From: Azolla caroliniana
Lineage: Eukaryota > Plantae > Polypodiophyta
Reading direction: 5' to 3'
Assembly (NCBI GenBank): GCA_043228905.1
Contig: JBHGNT010000016.1
Coordinates: forward strand, 5,146,001-5,210,000
Length of the DNA stretch: 64,000 nt
Under the pieces are notes generated by a model. That model worked only from the letters and a program-made list of their open reading frames with translations, had not been told where the DNA came from and searched no databases. Positions within the stretch are counted from its first letter, which is position 1. Every line of letters starts with the position of its first letter. Shown here piece by piece: positions 37,450 to 50,519 of the stretch. The position numbers and the translations under genes were made by a program.

Positions 37450-37924
37450 TGTTATGTACACATAACGTTGGTGAGGGTAGGTCACTAATATTTACATTAG
37501 TGAAGGGTATGTTCACTATTATTAAAAAGGGGACTAATGATTGGATAGAATGAATGATATGTGCATGCACTATCATGATTTAGACAACCAATGAATAGAG
37601 AGCCTTTTAGAAAAGGCACATCTATTCAAGGGGCCTAGGAAAAGGTATAAATATGAGGCTTAGCTACCCTCATAAGGATGATCACGTCGGAAGGCTACTG
37701 TCGTAGACACCGGTGGTGCGGGCTAGGCTTTCGTCTCGACGATCGTGTTTATCTCTTCCAAGGTATTAGTCATCCTAATATCCGGCGGTATGGGACGTCG
37801 GTGGTAGGTTGGCTATGTCTAGATCATAGCTCGGGGGTGGTCGGGTGGAACGGGTTCTTCTATCCAATCTATTTTCTTCCTTTTTACTTGATTTGGTCTA
37901 TTGATTAGTAATAGACTCTTAACA
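37450..37924 (+). repeat. 5' LTR (475 bp)
   Basis: TGTTATGTAC...CTCTTAACA with TATA-like TATAAATA at ~37646. By eye it differs from the 3' LTR only by one A in a homopolymer near 37612. Confidence 0.96.
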
Positions 37925-37925
37925 G

Positions 37926-37937
37926 TGGTATCAGAGC
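37926..37937 (+). promoter_or_regulatory. Primer binding site (tRNA-iMet)
   Basis: TGGTATCAGAGC 1 nt after the 5' LTR. Confidence 0.95.
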
Positions 37938-38171
37938 TTTTACTAACAATTTTTTTTGTTGTTTTGATGTTTTTTGCGTGTGAGCGAGGGGGATCTAACA
38001 AGGCTCGTCATGCTCTTCTCAGGATCAAAACAACACTCTAAACCCGATATTCTTCTTTTTTGATCTCTTCTCTTTTTCTATTATGCGTTCTTTATGGTCG
38101 AATCAAATTGGTATTACGTTTTATTCTCTTTCTTTCTACCTCCTACTACGCTACGATTTTACTTATTATTA

Positions 38172-38700
38172 TGCATCGGGCCGAGCGTGTTTGCACTAAT
38201 CGCACACGCTCAACTCATGGCCTTTTGCATATTGCGATATATATTCCACTCTCTCCTCTCTTGAACTCTTACGATAATAATTATTCTTGTGCATTGGGTC
38301 GAGCGTGTTTGCTCTAATCGCACACGCTTATCTCATGGCCGTTTTGCATATGATGTTGAGTATACCACTCTTCCCCTCTATTGAGCCATCACTTGGCCGA
38401 TTCTAAGGGATGATGTGGCCTTGACGAGGTGTATGTTGCCTACCTATGCCACTCTACTCTCTATTAAGCCATCAATTGGCCGATTCTATGGGATGTTGTG
38501 GCCTTGACAAGGTATATGTAGCTTACATATACCACTTTCCTTTTTAATTAGCCATCAATTGGCCGATTCTAAGGGATGATGTGGCCTTGACGAGGTATAT
38601 GTCACTTACCTATGCCACTTTCCTCTTTAATTAGCCATTACTTGGCCGATTCTAGGGATATGTGGTGGTCTTGAGGAGGTGCATGTCAACTACCCTAGGG
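38172..38700 (+). repeat. Tandem repeats in the retrotransposon leader (2 x 118 bp, then 4 x 83 bp)
   Basis: Units start at 38172 and 38290, then AGCCAT units at 38384, 38467, 38550 and 38633. Confidence 0.85.
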
Positions 38701-39680
38701 TTTCGTATCTTAGAGCATGTTTGATTCCATACACCTAATTGTTGAATATTCTAATTAAATCTTAATTTCATAAGTATTGTTTCACTTATATGATTTTCTA
38801 GTAATTATTATTTACCCGCCCACAATTAACTCTCCTTTTTCCACTTCCTTTTCATGTATAAAGTATTTACATCGTTTATTTTTAATGTAACCTTTACGTG
38901 TAGACTATTTTTTTCGTATGGAGTGGCTTGTTGAACGATTTTTTTTTCAACGGGTCATCTAGGTTTAACTCTTATCATCAAGCCTTAGAAAACGAGTAAA
39001 ACCATATGAGTTCCCTTATTGATGTTTTACTCATGGATTTGAGTATTACATCTTTGCGCACAACACCGTCATCACTTGTATCAATTTGTGGCTTATGTCA
39101 CAATTGTGCAAGTTATAACAATCATATTGGGATGTATAGGTGCATACCTTGCACTTCCCATTTATTTGGGACATTGTTTTTTTCGTAGGTAACACATGGG
39201 TTCTTTTTTTTTACCCTTGTTTTCGTCACTACTTAACTCTTATGAGTAGTGCCTTATTTTATCATTTTATCATCACGTTTGCTTATTGCTCGCAAGACTA
39301 GAATATTACTTGTGAGTGCACTTGTTTTTTCACGTAATACACTTTCTCGACCATATAATACATGATGGGTTGGCATTAATATAAGGCTATCTAGGAAATT
39401 TCATTGATGTAAGAACCATGGTTGAGCCTCAAGGAGCCGCCATGATTACTCAAGATAGAGATCCGAGAAATACATCTTAGCTATGTTTTCCCCCATGGTT
39501 TTTAAAACACCATAGTGTTACCATAGTTATCGGATCTCGAATCACATCTCATATGTCTAGAGGGGTAAAGACATGAGATACTTTCTTGGATAAAGTTCTT
39601 TCAATCAAAATTTCAAGCATTCATTTTGCTTGTGTATTTTCTGAACCTCCTTATTTTATTGCATACCCACAGCGTGCATC

Positions 39681-40629
39681 ATGGAACAAGTTTTGAACGC
39701 AGTTGGAACGATCTCTCCAAATGAGACCTCTCAACCCCAATCCGCATCTCGCACACAAGCTGAGATCACTATTGAGCAATTGCTCACTACTACCTTGAAT
39801 CAATTGGCCGAAATGAGACAGGCCAATATGGCATTGGAAAAGAAATTCCAAGAATTAACTATTGAGTCCAAGAAAGAAGGTGAACCTTCCTTCGTAGTCA
39901 CGCCTTTCAAGGGAGATAAGAAAGAAAGAACCGAGGAGGCCATTAGCACTTGGCTTGGTCGTTGGGAGTCTCACTTTGAGCTTCATCCCAAGCCCGATGC
40001 AGTAAAAATTGGTTATGTCGGTCGTGAGTTAGGTGGCCGAGCTGCTGCTTGGTGGCGTGGCCTAAGGACCGCAAAAAAACTTACCCACAACTTGGGAAGG
40101 TTTCGTTGATGTTTTTAAGAAACAATTCTTGCAGCCACCTTCTCAAACCGAACAAGCGCAACACTTGCTCACATTGTCTAGTAAGCCATTTACCTCTCTC
40201 GAGGATTATGTGCATCACGCTCGGACCCAGATCCAAAAATCGGGACTTACGGGTGAGAAATGGTTTGTCGCTTGTTTTTTGAATGGTATTCCCAATGGGG
40301 ATTATCATTGGATTGTCCATGACAAGGACCCCACAACTTTCGAGGAAGCCGTCAACATTGTGCTGCGATACCATAGGACTTCCAAGAAAGACCACAATAA
40401 ACCTGAGTTCGCCAAAACTCCGAATGTCAAGTTCATTGGGAAACGTAAGCAATCCAGTGACACTCTTGACCGCGACTCAAAGAAACCGAACCTCTTCTGT
40501 GCATATTGCAAGAAGCGGGGCCACACAAAGGATACCTGTCGTCGTCTTGAGAGGAAGTCAATGAACACCCCTCCTCAAGACAAATCTACGAGTCACACAG
40601 CAAATGGAGCTCCACATAAACGCAAGTGA
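39681..40629 (+). CDS. gag: gag (one +1 frameshift in the A7 run at 40073-40079)
   Basis: ELGGRAAAWW..LPTTWEGFVDVFKKQF, FLNGI, and zinc knuckle CAYCKKRGHTKDTC. Confidence 0.9.
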
Positions 40630-43600
40630 TCATATCTATCAAGTTCACATGGCAAATGGAAACGTTCAATACATCAGTGGCATTGTTTGTCAACTGCCAA
40701 TTCAAATAGATACTTATTTGGAGAAGCTTGACTTTCATGTTATGAAATTACAATCCGCAGATGTCATTTTAGGATATCCTTGGTTTTTTAATAAAAACCC
40801 TTCTTTGTCCATTGATTGGGTTAATCACTCAAATCACATTTGAACTTAATAATTGTAAACATTTTATTCAATGTTCCAAACTTCCTTCTCATTCACTTGT
40901 GTCTTCTAAATCTTTAAGTGAGTATTCTAGTTCATTAATTTATTCGTGTGTAATTGATCCTGCGGTTCAATTTTATTATTTTAATATTGACGCCACACAA
41001 TTACCACATTTTGAGCAACGATTACTCGACTCTGTTTTAGAAGATTTTCAAGATGTGTTTCCTACTGAATTACCGCTTACTTTACCACCTAAACGTAATG
41101 TGGACCATCAAATTGAACTCATCCCTGGGGCTGCTCCTGTGAGCATTCCACCTTACCGACTTAGTCGATTAGAAGAGGATGAGATCGCTAAACAACTTAA
41201 GGAATACTTGAGTATGGGCCACATTAGGTATAGTAAATCACCTTGGGGTGCGCCAGTTCTATTAGTCAAGAAGAAGGAAGGTTCGTGGCGAATGTGTATC
41301 AATTATCGCCGTTTGAATAAAATGACAATTAAGAATGCATATCCATTACCTCGTGCCGATGATTTGATTGATCGTTTGCACGGGGCTCGATATTTTACGA
41401 AAATTGACTTACGAACTGGTTATCATCAGATTCGCATTGCCGAGGATGATATTCCTAAAACCGCTTTTCGTACGCGCTATGGCCATTATGAGTTTTTAGT
41501 CATGCCTTTTGGGTTGACTAATGCTCCAGCCACATTCCAACAAGCGATGAATGATGTTTTCCGAGATCAACTCGGTGATTTTGTTGTCGTCTTCTTGGAT
41601 GATATTTTGATATATAGCCGTACCTTGCAAGATCATGTTCAACATGTTCGATTTGTTTTGCGAAAGTTGCGTGACAACTCTTTCTATGCAAAACATTCAA
41701 AATGTGACTTCTTCCAAAAATCTATTGTGTACCTAGGTCATTTAATTACAGAAAATGGCGTTGAAATTGAACCTTCTCGTATTGAAAAGGTTAAACTTTG
41801 GCCCATTCCTCGTAATATTCGTGAACTTAGATCATTCTTAGGGTTTGTTGGATTTTTACGAAAATCAATTCGTAACTATTCCAAATTGACTACGCCATCA
41901 ACTGACCTTTTAAAAGGTCATCCACGTAAGTCTGTCAAACCAATTTCATGGAATGAACAACTTGACAAATCATTTGAGACACTCAAGGAGCATGTGTGTC
42001 AGGCTCCCACTCTTCTATTACCAGACCCTTCTAAGCCTTTCTCAATTGAAACCGATGCTAGTGATTATGCTATTGGTGCCGTTCTTTATCAAGGTGGTCA
42101 CCCTATCGCTTTTGAAAGTAAGAAGCTTGATGCTGCTCAATCTCGGTATTCGGTTCAAGAGAAAGAGTTGTTTGCGGTGATACACGCACTTAAAACATGG
42201 AGGCACTATCTCTATGGAAATAAATTTGTGGTTACAACAGACCATCAATCATTAAAGTATTTTTGTGACCAGCCCGATCTTGTTGGTCGTAAAGGCCGTT
42301 GGGCTGACCTTATGCAAGATTTTGATTTTTCCATACGATATCGCAAGGGTTCTATGAACACCGTTGCTGATGCTCTTAGTCGCATTAAAGAAGTTAACAT
42401 GCTTAGCTTCACGGAAATAAAATCTGATCTTTTAGATCACCTTCGAGGGAAATACCTTGATGACAGTTATTTCTCAAAATACTGGACGAAAGCCGAATTT
42501 GGTTTAGATGCCGATACTAGCACCCTACCCTCGAAGGCGACCTTTCACATTAGAAACGGTTTGCTCTACCGTAGTGGAAAGGTCTGTGTTCCAGATTTAC
42601 CAAATGTTAAACAGAAAATTTTTCATGAATGTCATGATGCACCATCTGCTGGTCATCCTGGAATACAACGCACACTCGTTCTCATCTCGTGTACTTTTTT
42701 CTGGCCTAAGATGCGCTCTGACGTGCATAAATACGTAACTCAATGCTTACAATGTCAGATTAATAAGTCGGAACGACTTAAAGCTGCTGGTCTTTTACAT
42801 CCCTTAGATATTCCCAACAATAAATGGGAAAGTATCTCGATGGATTTTATTGTTAGTTTACCTCGTACACAGAGGGGTCATGATGCCATATGGGTTGTCG
42901 TTGACAGGCTAGCAAAATTAGCTAGATTTATTCCTACAAAAACCACGGTAACCGCTCAACAGTTGGCTTATCAATTTGTTGATGAGTTATTTCGTTTTTA
43001 TGGATTACCGATGGATATTGTTAGTGATCGAGATTCCAAGTTTACTAGTGACTTTTGGACTCAGGTCTTTAAGAAACTAGAAACTACGTTGAGCATGAGT
43101 TCCGCAGATCATCCTCAGTCTGATGGACAAACTGAACGAGTTAATCAAATTATTGAGGACATGCTTCGAGCTTATGTAGCAAAAACCCCTTCTAAGTGGG
43201 AGCAATACCTTCCTATCTTAGAATTTGCCTATAATAGCTCTAAACATACATCCACTGGATATAGTCCTTTTATGTTGATGTATGGTTTTCAGCCACGTGC
43301 CCCAGTTGATGTCACGATTCATCGTGATACATTAGACAGTACACGCAATTTTTTGCAAGACATGAACCAAATGTTGCATATTGCCAAAGAAAATGTCAAG
43401 ACAGCTCAAGATCGTGCTCGATTTTATGCTGATCAGGATAGACGTCCTCGTGCATTTACTATTGGTCAAAAAGTTTTTTTGCGTGTCCCGACTGATTCTA
43501 CGTCATTATCTACGGGCAAGTGCGCTAAGTTAGCCCCACGATATTGTGGCCCATTTGAAATCCTTAAGCGAGTTGGGTCATCTGCTTATCACCTTGCCTT

Positions 43601-43901
43601 ACCTCGTAACATTGGTATTCATCCTGTTTTTCACGTCAGTCGTCTAAAACCATTTTTAGGCTCTGGTGATAACACCATCACAATCCAAGATCTTGTAACA
43701 TTAGAGGATTTTTCTTACAAACCTCATGTTCCTGAACGAATTCTTGATTCTCGTACTAAACGTTTACGTTCTAAAGAGATTCGGCTATTCAAGATCAAAT
43801 GGATGGATAAACCTATTGATGATGCCACATGGGAACGCGAGCATTCGCTTAAGGCACAATTTCCTCACTTTATATTGCAAGAGTGCAATCTTTTGAAGTA
43901 G
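40565..43901 (+). CDS. pol: pol: partial protease, RT, RNase H, integrase, chromodomain (frameshift near 40831)
   Basis: [14 protein letters not shown]; [26 protein letters not shown]; [13 protein letters not shown]; HHCC zinc finger, [22 protein letters not shown]; [16 protein letters not shown] chromodomain. Confidence 0.93.
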
Positions 43902-43908
43902 GGGAGTA
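43895..43908 (+). promoter_or_regulatory. Polypurine tract
   Basis: GAAGTAGGGGAGTA immediately before the 3' LTR. Confidence 0.8.
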
Positions 43909-44382
43909 TGTTATGTACACATAACGTTGGTGAGGGTAGGTCACTAATATTTACATTAGTGAAGGGTATGTTCACTATTATTAAAAAGGGGACTAATGAT
44001 TGGATAGAATGAATGATATGTGCATGCACTATCATGATTTAGACAACCAATGAATAGAGAGCCTTTTAGAAAGGCACATCTATTCAAGGGGCCTAGGAAA
44101 AGGTATAAATATGAGGCTTAGCTACCCTCATAAGGATGATCACGTCGGAAGGCTACTGTCGTAGACACCGGTGGTGCGGGCTAGGCTTTCGTCTCGACGA
44201 TCGTGTTTATCTCTTCCAAGGTATTAGTCATCCTAATATCCGGCGGTATGGGACGTCGGTGGTAGGTTGGCTATGTCTAGATCATAGCTCGGGGGTGGTC
44301 GGGTGGAACGGGTTCTTCTATCCAATCTATTTTCTTCCTTTTTACTTGATTTGGTCTATTGATTAGTAATAGACTCTTAACA
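43909..44382 (+). repeat. 3' LTR (474 bp)
   Basis: Direct repeat of 37450-37924. Confidence 0.96.
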
Positions 44383-46020
44383 GGGGTGAACCTAAAATTT
44401 TAAAGAGTTGCACACCTAAATTCCATGTGAATTGTGTAAGAGTTTACAGACAAGATCCTTGTTTATGATGATTTGGTGACAAGCCATTTACAATCTAAGT
44501 AGCCCTATAACTAAAGGTTCTCCCAAAGGCCAAACCATCGACAAAATGATATCAAAGCATTGTTGCATTATACGGTGGATAAACTAGCACAAGATAATCA
44601 TATATGCATTGGATCATGACATTATCAAACATACCAAAAAGTTAATTATGTTACAAGTGCCACGATGCACATAATATCGCACACATTGAATGCATGGAAC
44701 TATTGTCTTCATTAGTTGGTATACTCGTTGTAATCCATGCATGAAAGCATCCACTTGAGACTTATGTTTGACAATGTTTTTAGGGTCAATCCAATCAACA
44801 ATGGAACACACTAAAATGAGAAATTACATCCTTTACAAATTCCATATAAGAATTGGTCAATAGTCAGTCATTTGATCTTGGTTGTGGTTATATGGTTTGC
44901 TCAAGTCAATTGACAGGGCAAGGATCCCAATTTGATTGAAATCTTATGGTGAATGGTTTTCTATCAACTCAAAAGTAGACAATGCATGTCATCCTTTGAT
45001 CACCTAGAAATTAACAAACAAAACTTAAGGACATGCCTCATGCACGTCTACAGATTTTAATTTCATTAAAGAAGTTATTTTCAACATATTGAAATTCATC
45101 ATGAATATGCTCCTTCATGCAAAAATATGTGTCAAGTTTTACATAAACCACTTGCTTCAACCATGATACCGCACAAAGCCAAGTGGTTGGATGCACCTAA
45201 GGGTACGTACCACTTTGAAGTCCTCCAAATAGTCAAGAAGATTAACATCGTGTCCTAAAAGGAAGAATTGCCCCACATATAAAATTGTTACCATGTATTT
45301 CATGCTACTTACATAAAATAATGGCATAGACAAGACAATCTAGTGATATCATTAAAGAAAAATATGCATTTGGACGATATGACTAAAATGTGTTACTAAT
45401 TTTATGGAAAGGCGCTTTGCATTGTATCCCAAGTTATTGGTCAAGTGATAAATATTTGTCCTCCAGACAAATGCTACTTTTGATCGTAATTTGTTTTCCT
45501 ATATTTGTTGTTTTGAGCTTGAAAATTGTAATTATAAACAAAAGAGATTATGTTCTATAGATTCCTAGACATTAGGATGGGTGTTTTGGGCAATCTATTG
45601 AACATTAAGCTACTATTGAAAGTAGTCATAACGTGGAGGAAGATCAGGCATTCCTATACATTTTGGGGGCATAGGTCCTCACTCACACTATTCTGCGGAA
45701 ATCACTTGGATATGTTGCTCTAATTGCATGTGTTGGGTGCAAAGGAGCAGGTATAGGATGTCAGACTGGAGGCTGAGAGTCAAGCATTCACCGTTATACC
45801 ATAACATGCACTATTGGGGTTGCATTATGGGCAGTGTGTCCAAGACGTCAAGATTGACACAAAGACAACCATCAGGAAGGTCATGGACACTGAGGGCCAA
45901 ACCTTCATGTTTGTAGTGCGGCTAAACCTACCTATCTACAGAATTCAAGAGACACGAGCCTTCATCAAGTAGCCGACACACTTCTTCTTCTTCATTGCCG
46001 TCTCTTCTTCTTCGGTCCAT

Positions 46021-46235
46021 ACTCCGGAATGTTCTAGAAGCTGCCCAATCTCATCAAAATGTGCTTCTAGAATGTTCCAAGCTTTTTGCTCAAAAAGCTG
46101 TCATCCAACCTCTCATTCTCTCCTCAAAATTCCAAAGAATCTCCGGAATGTTCTAGAAGCTGCCCAATCTCATCAAAATGTGCTTCTAGAATGTTCCAAG
46201 CTTTTTTGCTGAAAAAGCTGTTATCCATCCTCTCT
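46021..46235 (+). repeat. ~119-bp tandem duplication in the probable 5' UTR/promoter of the Hikeshi-like gene
   Basis: CTCCGGAATGTTCTAGAAGCTGCCCAATCTC... at 46022 and 46141. Confidence 0.8.
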
Positions 46236-47332
46236 CTCTCTCTCCCCCCTCCGTCTGTCTCTTTGTCGAAGCGATATCCCTCCACACAGGTAATTTCTGT
46301 CCCTAAGTCTTTCTTTTATGAACTCGCATCTCTCTGAAACCCTAAATAGGCATCCTTAACGAAACCCTAATCAGGCTTGATTCGCTGCTCCTGGTTCTAA
46401 GTAAGTTTATTTGCTCGTGCTCTCTCCGTCTATCAATCCATGCTTGTTAGAGTCCATCAACGCCGAGAGCGATGTTTGGTTCTCGATGACAATGTGCCCG
46501 TCATCTCATGTGATGGTGAGTTTGCTAATTAGACACTTGAATCTTGTTTTCGACCACTACTTGCAGAGTTGTGACAGTGGAATCGAACAGGCCATCTTAC
46601 CTTTTAGTGGAAAATATCCCTTACAGGATCAATATTACCAAAATACCTCTAATTGAGAGAGAGAGTTGGGAATATATAAACAGTTTAGAAGGCCTGAAAA
46701 CAGATTACCACTTGGAGAAAGCGTGGCAAAACGTATTTGGAGGAGTGCACACCACACATAGTGGTATCTGGCAAGTGCCTTGGGTTAGACATGTAAACAC
46801 GAGGGTCAAGACTACCATTAATGCAGAATAATTATTATACACATGAAGGTACTGTATCGTAGGATTCCCGGCCTGACTATTTGCGTGGTCGAAATCTTGA
46901 TGTACTAATAAGCTTACCACTAGACTTTTATGACTCCTAATGTTTGTGGAAGGTTGTACTCTTTATATGGAATGAAATCTGTACAATGTTTATTTTTATA
47001 AACGAAATCTACTCGCAAATTAGTTAATCACCACATTGAATTGTTTTGAATATTTAGATTAATTTTGTGACCATTCAGATTATGCAGGAATGCTTCGATT
47101 TATATCACGAATCCCATCATGTAAGATTAAGGATATCTATGATCTGAATTGCTGAACATTGGAGTGTACTTTGTATTGAATTTTATGCGGTACCTCCAAT
47201 TAGGGCAGTTTCAGACCGTCCTTTCTGATCTGGATTTATGGCATGATTGCTTTATTCACTGTAAAGTTGGGAGGAATGAATGCATTTCATCTCAACTGTT
47301 ATAAGTAATGCAATGTTCAGTTTGGTGATGCA

Positions 47333-48640
47333 ATGGAATCTACAAACAGGCGAAGGAATCATGAGTCATATGATCTGGATGAGAGTATATCAGAATCATC
47401 AATACGAAGAAAAAGAAGGGCTAGCATATCCAACATAGACACCAATTCAGAAGATAAGGACATTGTAGTGAGCTTCTGTGGAAGGGATTCATTGTCTGCA
47501 CGACTATTTGGTGTCGTATTTCCTTGTCGAAGTTATCCCTTAGATGCAAGCAATTTCATGCAGATGGATGCAACACACTGGGTACTAGATATGAGTATTT
47601 TCGTGGGTGTGTTTCTTACTTACTCACTTTTACGCTGATATTTTAGTGATTCTTCTCGTTATCGTTAATAACAAGTAAAGAACACAGTCATTCTTTTGTA
47701 AGATGTGGTTTCCTGCTGTCCATTAGATTTTGTAGAAATAGTGATTCAGCTGTCCATTAGAATTTGTTTTGCATTCATGCTTTTATTCTCAATTACATTT
47801 CTGATAGTGAATATTTTGTGCTGATATTTTAGTGATTCTTCTCGTTATCGTTAATAACAAGTAAAGAACCTGGTCATTGTTTTGTAAGATGTTGTTTGCT
47901 GCTGTCTATTAGATTTTGTAGAAATAGTAATTCAGCTGTCCAGTAGATTTTCTTTTGCATTCATGGTTTTATTCTCATTACATGTCTGATAGTGAATATT
48001 TTGTGACTGCCTCCAGAATATTTTGTTTTATGGGTATCCAAAGTAGATTAGTACAGCAATCAATTTATGGTTATCTAAATTAGATTAGTACAGCAATCAA
48101 TCTGTTTTGAGTAGGTGTTTCTTGGTATCAATATTTTTTGAACTGTTCTAACTTGTTCTGTTATCTCCAGGGGAATCCTATGATGAAGTAAAAGATATCT
48201 GTATCTTTTTAGTAGACAAGCTCTCAATACCACCGACAAAGGCATTGGCACTCTATGTACAATCTCCAGGATCTCATTTCCAGTACTGTGGAGCTGTTTG
48301 CCAATCTTGCCCTTCAGCTGTTCTACCACTCTTGTGGCCTAATGCTAATGCTGATGGGCAAATTAGACAGCTAGCAGCACCTGATTCAGCTCCTCTTACA
48401 GCTAAAATTGGCATCGCAGTGGAGGACCTAGTAACACTTCCTTCTTTGGATGTTAAGAAGCAAAGGCAACTAGAGCTGTTGGCACTCAAAGTGGGTGAAA
48501 ATCTACTCGGCTTTTTGCAGCTTCCATCACTGGGTGACAAGCTTATTAAAAATCCACTTGATGTATTCAATAAGTGGCTCAAAAAATTCGAGGAGAAATT
48601 GTATAAAGATTCTGAGTATACAAAGAGCTTGTTGGCTTGA
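47333..48640 (+). CDS. Hikeshi/OPI10-family protein with a 57-aa N-terminal extension, 2 coding exons
   Basis: Exons 47333-47606 and 48171-48640 join in frame: LFGVVFPCRSYPLD..HWVLDMSIFVG|ESYDEVKDICIFL..KALALYVQSPGS..PSAVL..AKIGIAVEDL..LALKVGENL..KWLKKFEEK. Confidence 0.88.
47635..48005 (+). repeat. ~186-bp tandem duplication in the Hikeshi-like intron
   Basis: GCTGATATTTTAGTGATTCTTCTCG...GAATATTTTGTG occurs twice. Confidence 0.85.
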
Positions 48641-50519
48641 ATCTGTGATGGATATTTAGAGTGTGTTCATGGGCCTGACTGAAATGCTGCCTTACTCTTG
48701 AAATTGTAATTGCAGCATCAAATAGTTGAAGAATACGAGCTAGCCAAGAACCTGGGTTGTTTAGACGGTCTGATCATATTATAGCAAGAAGTTATATGCA
48801 ATGGGATTTTGGTATATTATAATCTGTTTATTTACTTGATTCATTTGTAATCATCTTGATTACAAGACCTCGAGAAGCAACATGCTGTGAAGTTACAGCG
48901 TGCCCTAATCTCTTGATTATGACATGTAGAGAAAATGAATTTTAATCGTATTTATTTGGAAATGCCTTGTTAATGACATGCTATAATCTTGTAGTTTACA
49001 GTTGACTTGTAGTTTAGAGGTTTTGACTGTCATTGTCTTGATCATAACATTCTGATTGCACATGCCTTCAGTTTTGGTTAACAAGTATATCATTATGTTG
49101 TCGCATATGATTCTAAACAAGGTGTTTGGTTGAATGAAAAAATTGTTCACCATTACAGTACAACTTCATCTTGCTCATGATGAAAAAATTGTCTCATTGG
49201 GACCCTCACATTAGGATTGGTCACTGCATCGCACTCAGCAATGAGGCCATTATAGTAGGATTGGGCACTTTAGCTTGCTCAATAATGAGACATTTACATT
49301 AGAATGAAGTTCTTCATTTTGATAAATTGACCACAATTTGTATGTATCACATGAGGCCAAATTTCTAGTCATCTTGTCAGCAATAGTCATGCGTCTGGAT
49401 GTTACCTTTGAAGAATCAAGTTATCAACAATTCCCTATAATTTACCCTTATTTACTAAGAAGGCAATGGACAGGCTAGCACCCAATCCTGATTACATGCT
49501 TTTGATAAAAATGGGCCAAGTTGGTTAGGGTAGGAAGAAGGCATATGTATATCAATTAAAAAACAATCAGCAAGCAATAGTAACCATCTTGGGGGCATAT
49601 GTTGACGCAATGATTTCTGTTACTCATGCAACATACAAGGGAATGCAACCAAGGATATGGGGTAAAACTTTCTTTATTTCGCATGCAATCTACAAGTCTA
49701 TCCTCATTGCCTCAACCATTGGTCACCTCAAGGCAACTTGCCCTTGACCATTGATCAATGGCATTTTGAGTAAAAATTCCTTACTAACACATGTTTGCTT
49801 TGCATGCACCATTTCCAGTAGGCAAACTATGGACAAATTGGCTATTCAAATTGACCATCATAAAAATGATTCATTCACAAGCCAAATCATGGATAATTTC
49901 CTCACGTAAATGTGATATCTAGGTAAAACTCGAAATGAAGCCATTTTAATTGTACCACTGAATTGAACAATTACGGCTACTTCTCTGCCAGCCTTTGATC
50001 AGAATGATCATGCAATTAGTTTGCCTTAAGTTTAGGGTTCTCGACTGACAGGATTAACTCTCCGTGCAATCAAAGTTCCATACATCAATAAAAAATTCTC
50101 AAATATAGTAGCTGAAATATCATGGTCAGTAATACAAATTGGACACAGGAAAAGCCTGTATTATTTTCTGAGCAGCATTCAAACTTCTGATTTATCTTAG
50201 TTATACAAAATAGATTATCTCACATTTTATTGCATGGCAATTCAATAAAAGACAGCTTCAGATAGCATATCAAAGAAGTTCATGACATAAGAGGTTACTT
50301 CAGTAATACTGCCAAAAATACGTGACCCTTCAAACAGCAATGCAACCACCAGAAAATAGTATTATCCAATATTTCAGAGGTGGTATTTTTGTATGGTATG
50401 GTATATCAGACCCATAAGCAACTTTCTTAAAACACCCCAGGATTTGATCTCATATGTAGAAAACCTTCCACAATAAGAAAGAGTGAAATGCGCAACGAAA
50501 AAGAACAAAACAATGTGGC

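Larger units (their letters stand above)
37450..44382 (+). mobile_element. Ty3/Gypsy chromovirus LTR retrotransposon, very recent insertion
   Basis: TG..CA LTRs at 37450-37924 and 43909-44382. 5-bp TSD GGGGT at 37445-37449 and 44383-44387. PBS, PPT, gag and pol with a chromodomain. Confidence 0.97.

Noticed and set aside
37678-37908. Identical 76-aa ORF at 37678 and 44136
   Set aside because: It simply lies within the two LTRs; no protein features.
38384-38700. 83-bp repeats as hammerhead ribozymes or a CRISPR-like array
   Set aside because: TTGACGAG resembles CUGANGA, but no GAAA core follows the stem. The units lack unique spacers and the context is eukaryotic.
44400-45960. Possible gene or transposon fragments right of the LTR element
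   Set aside because: Short ORFs with stops and no identifiable motif.
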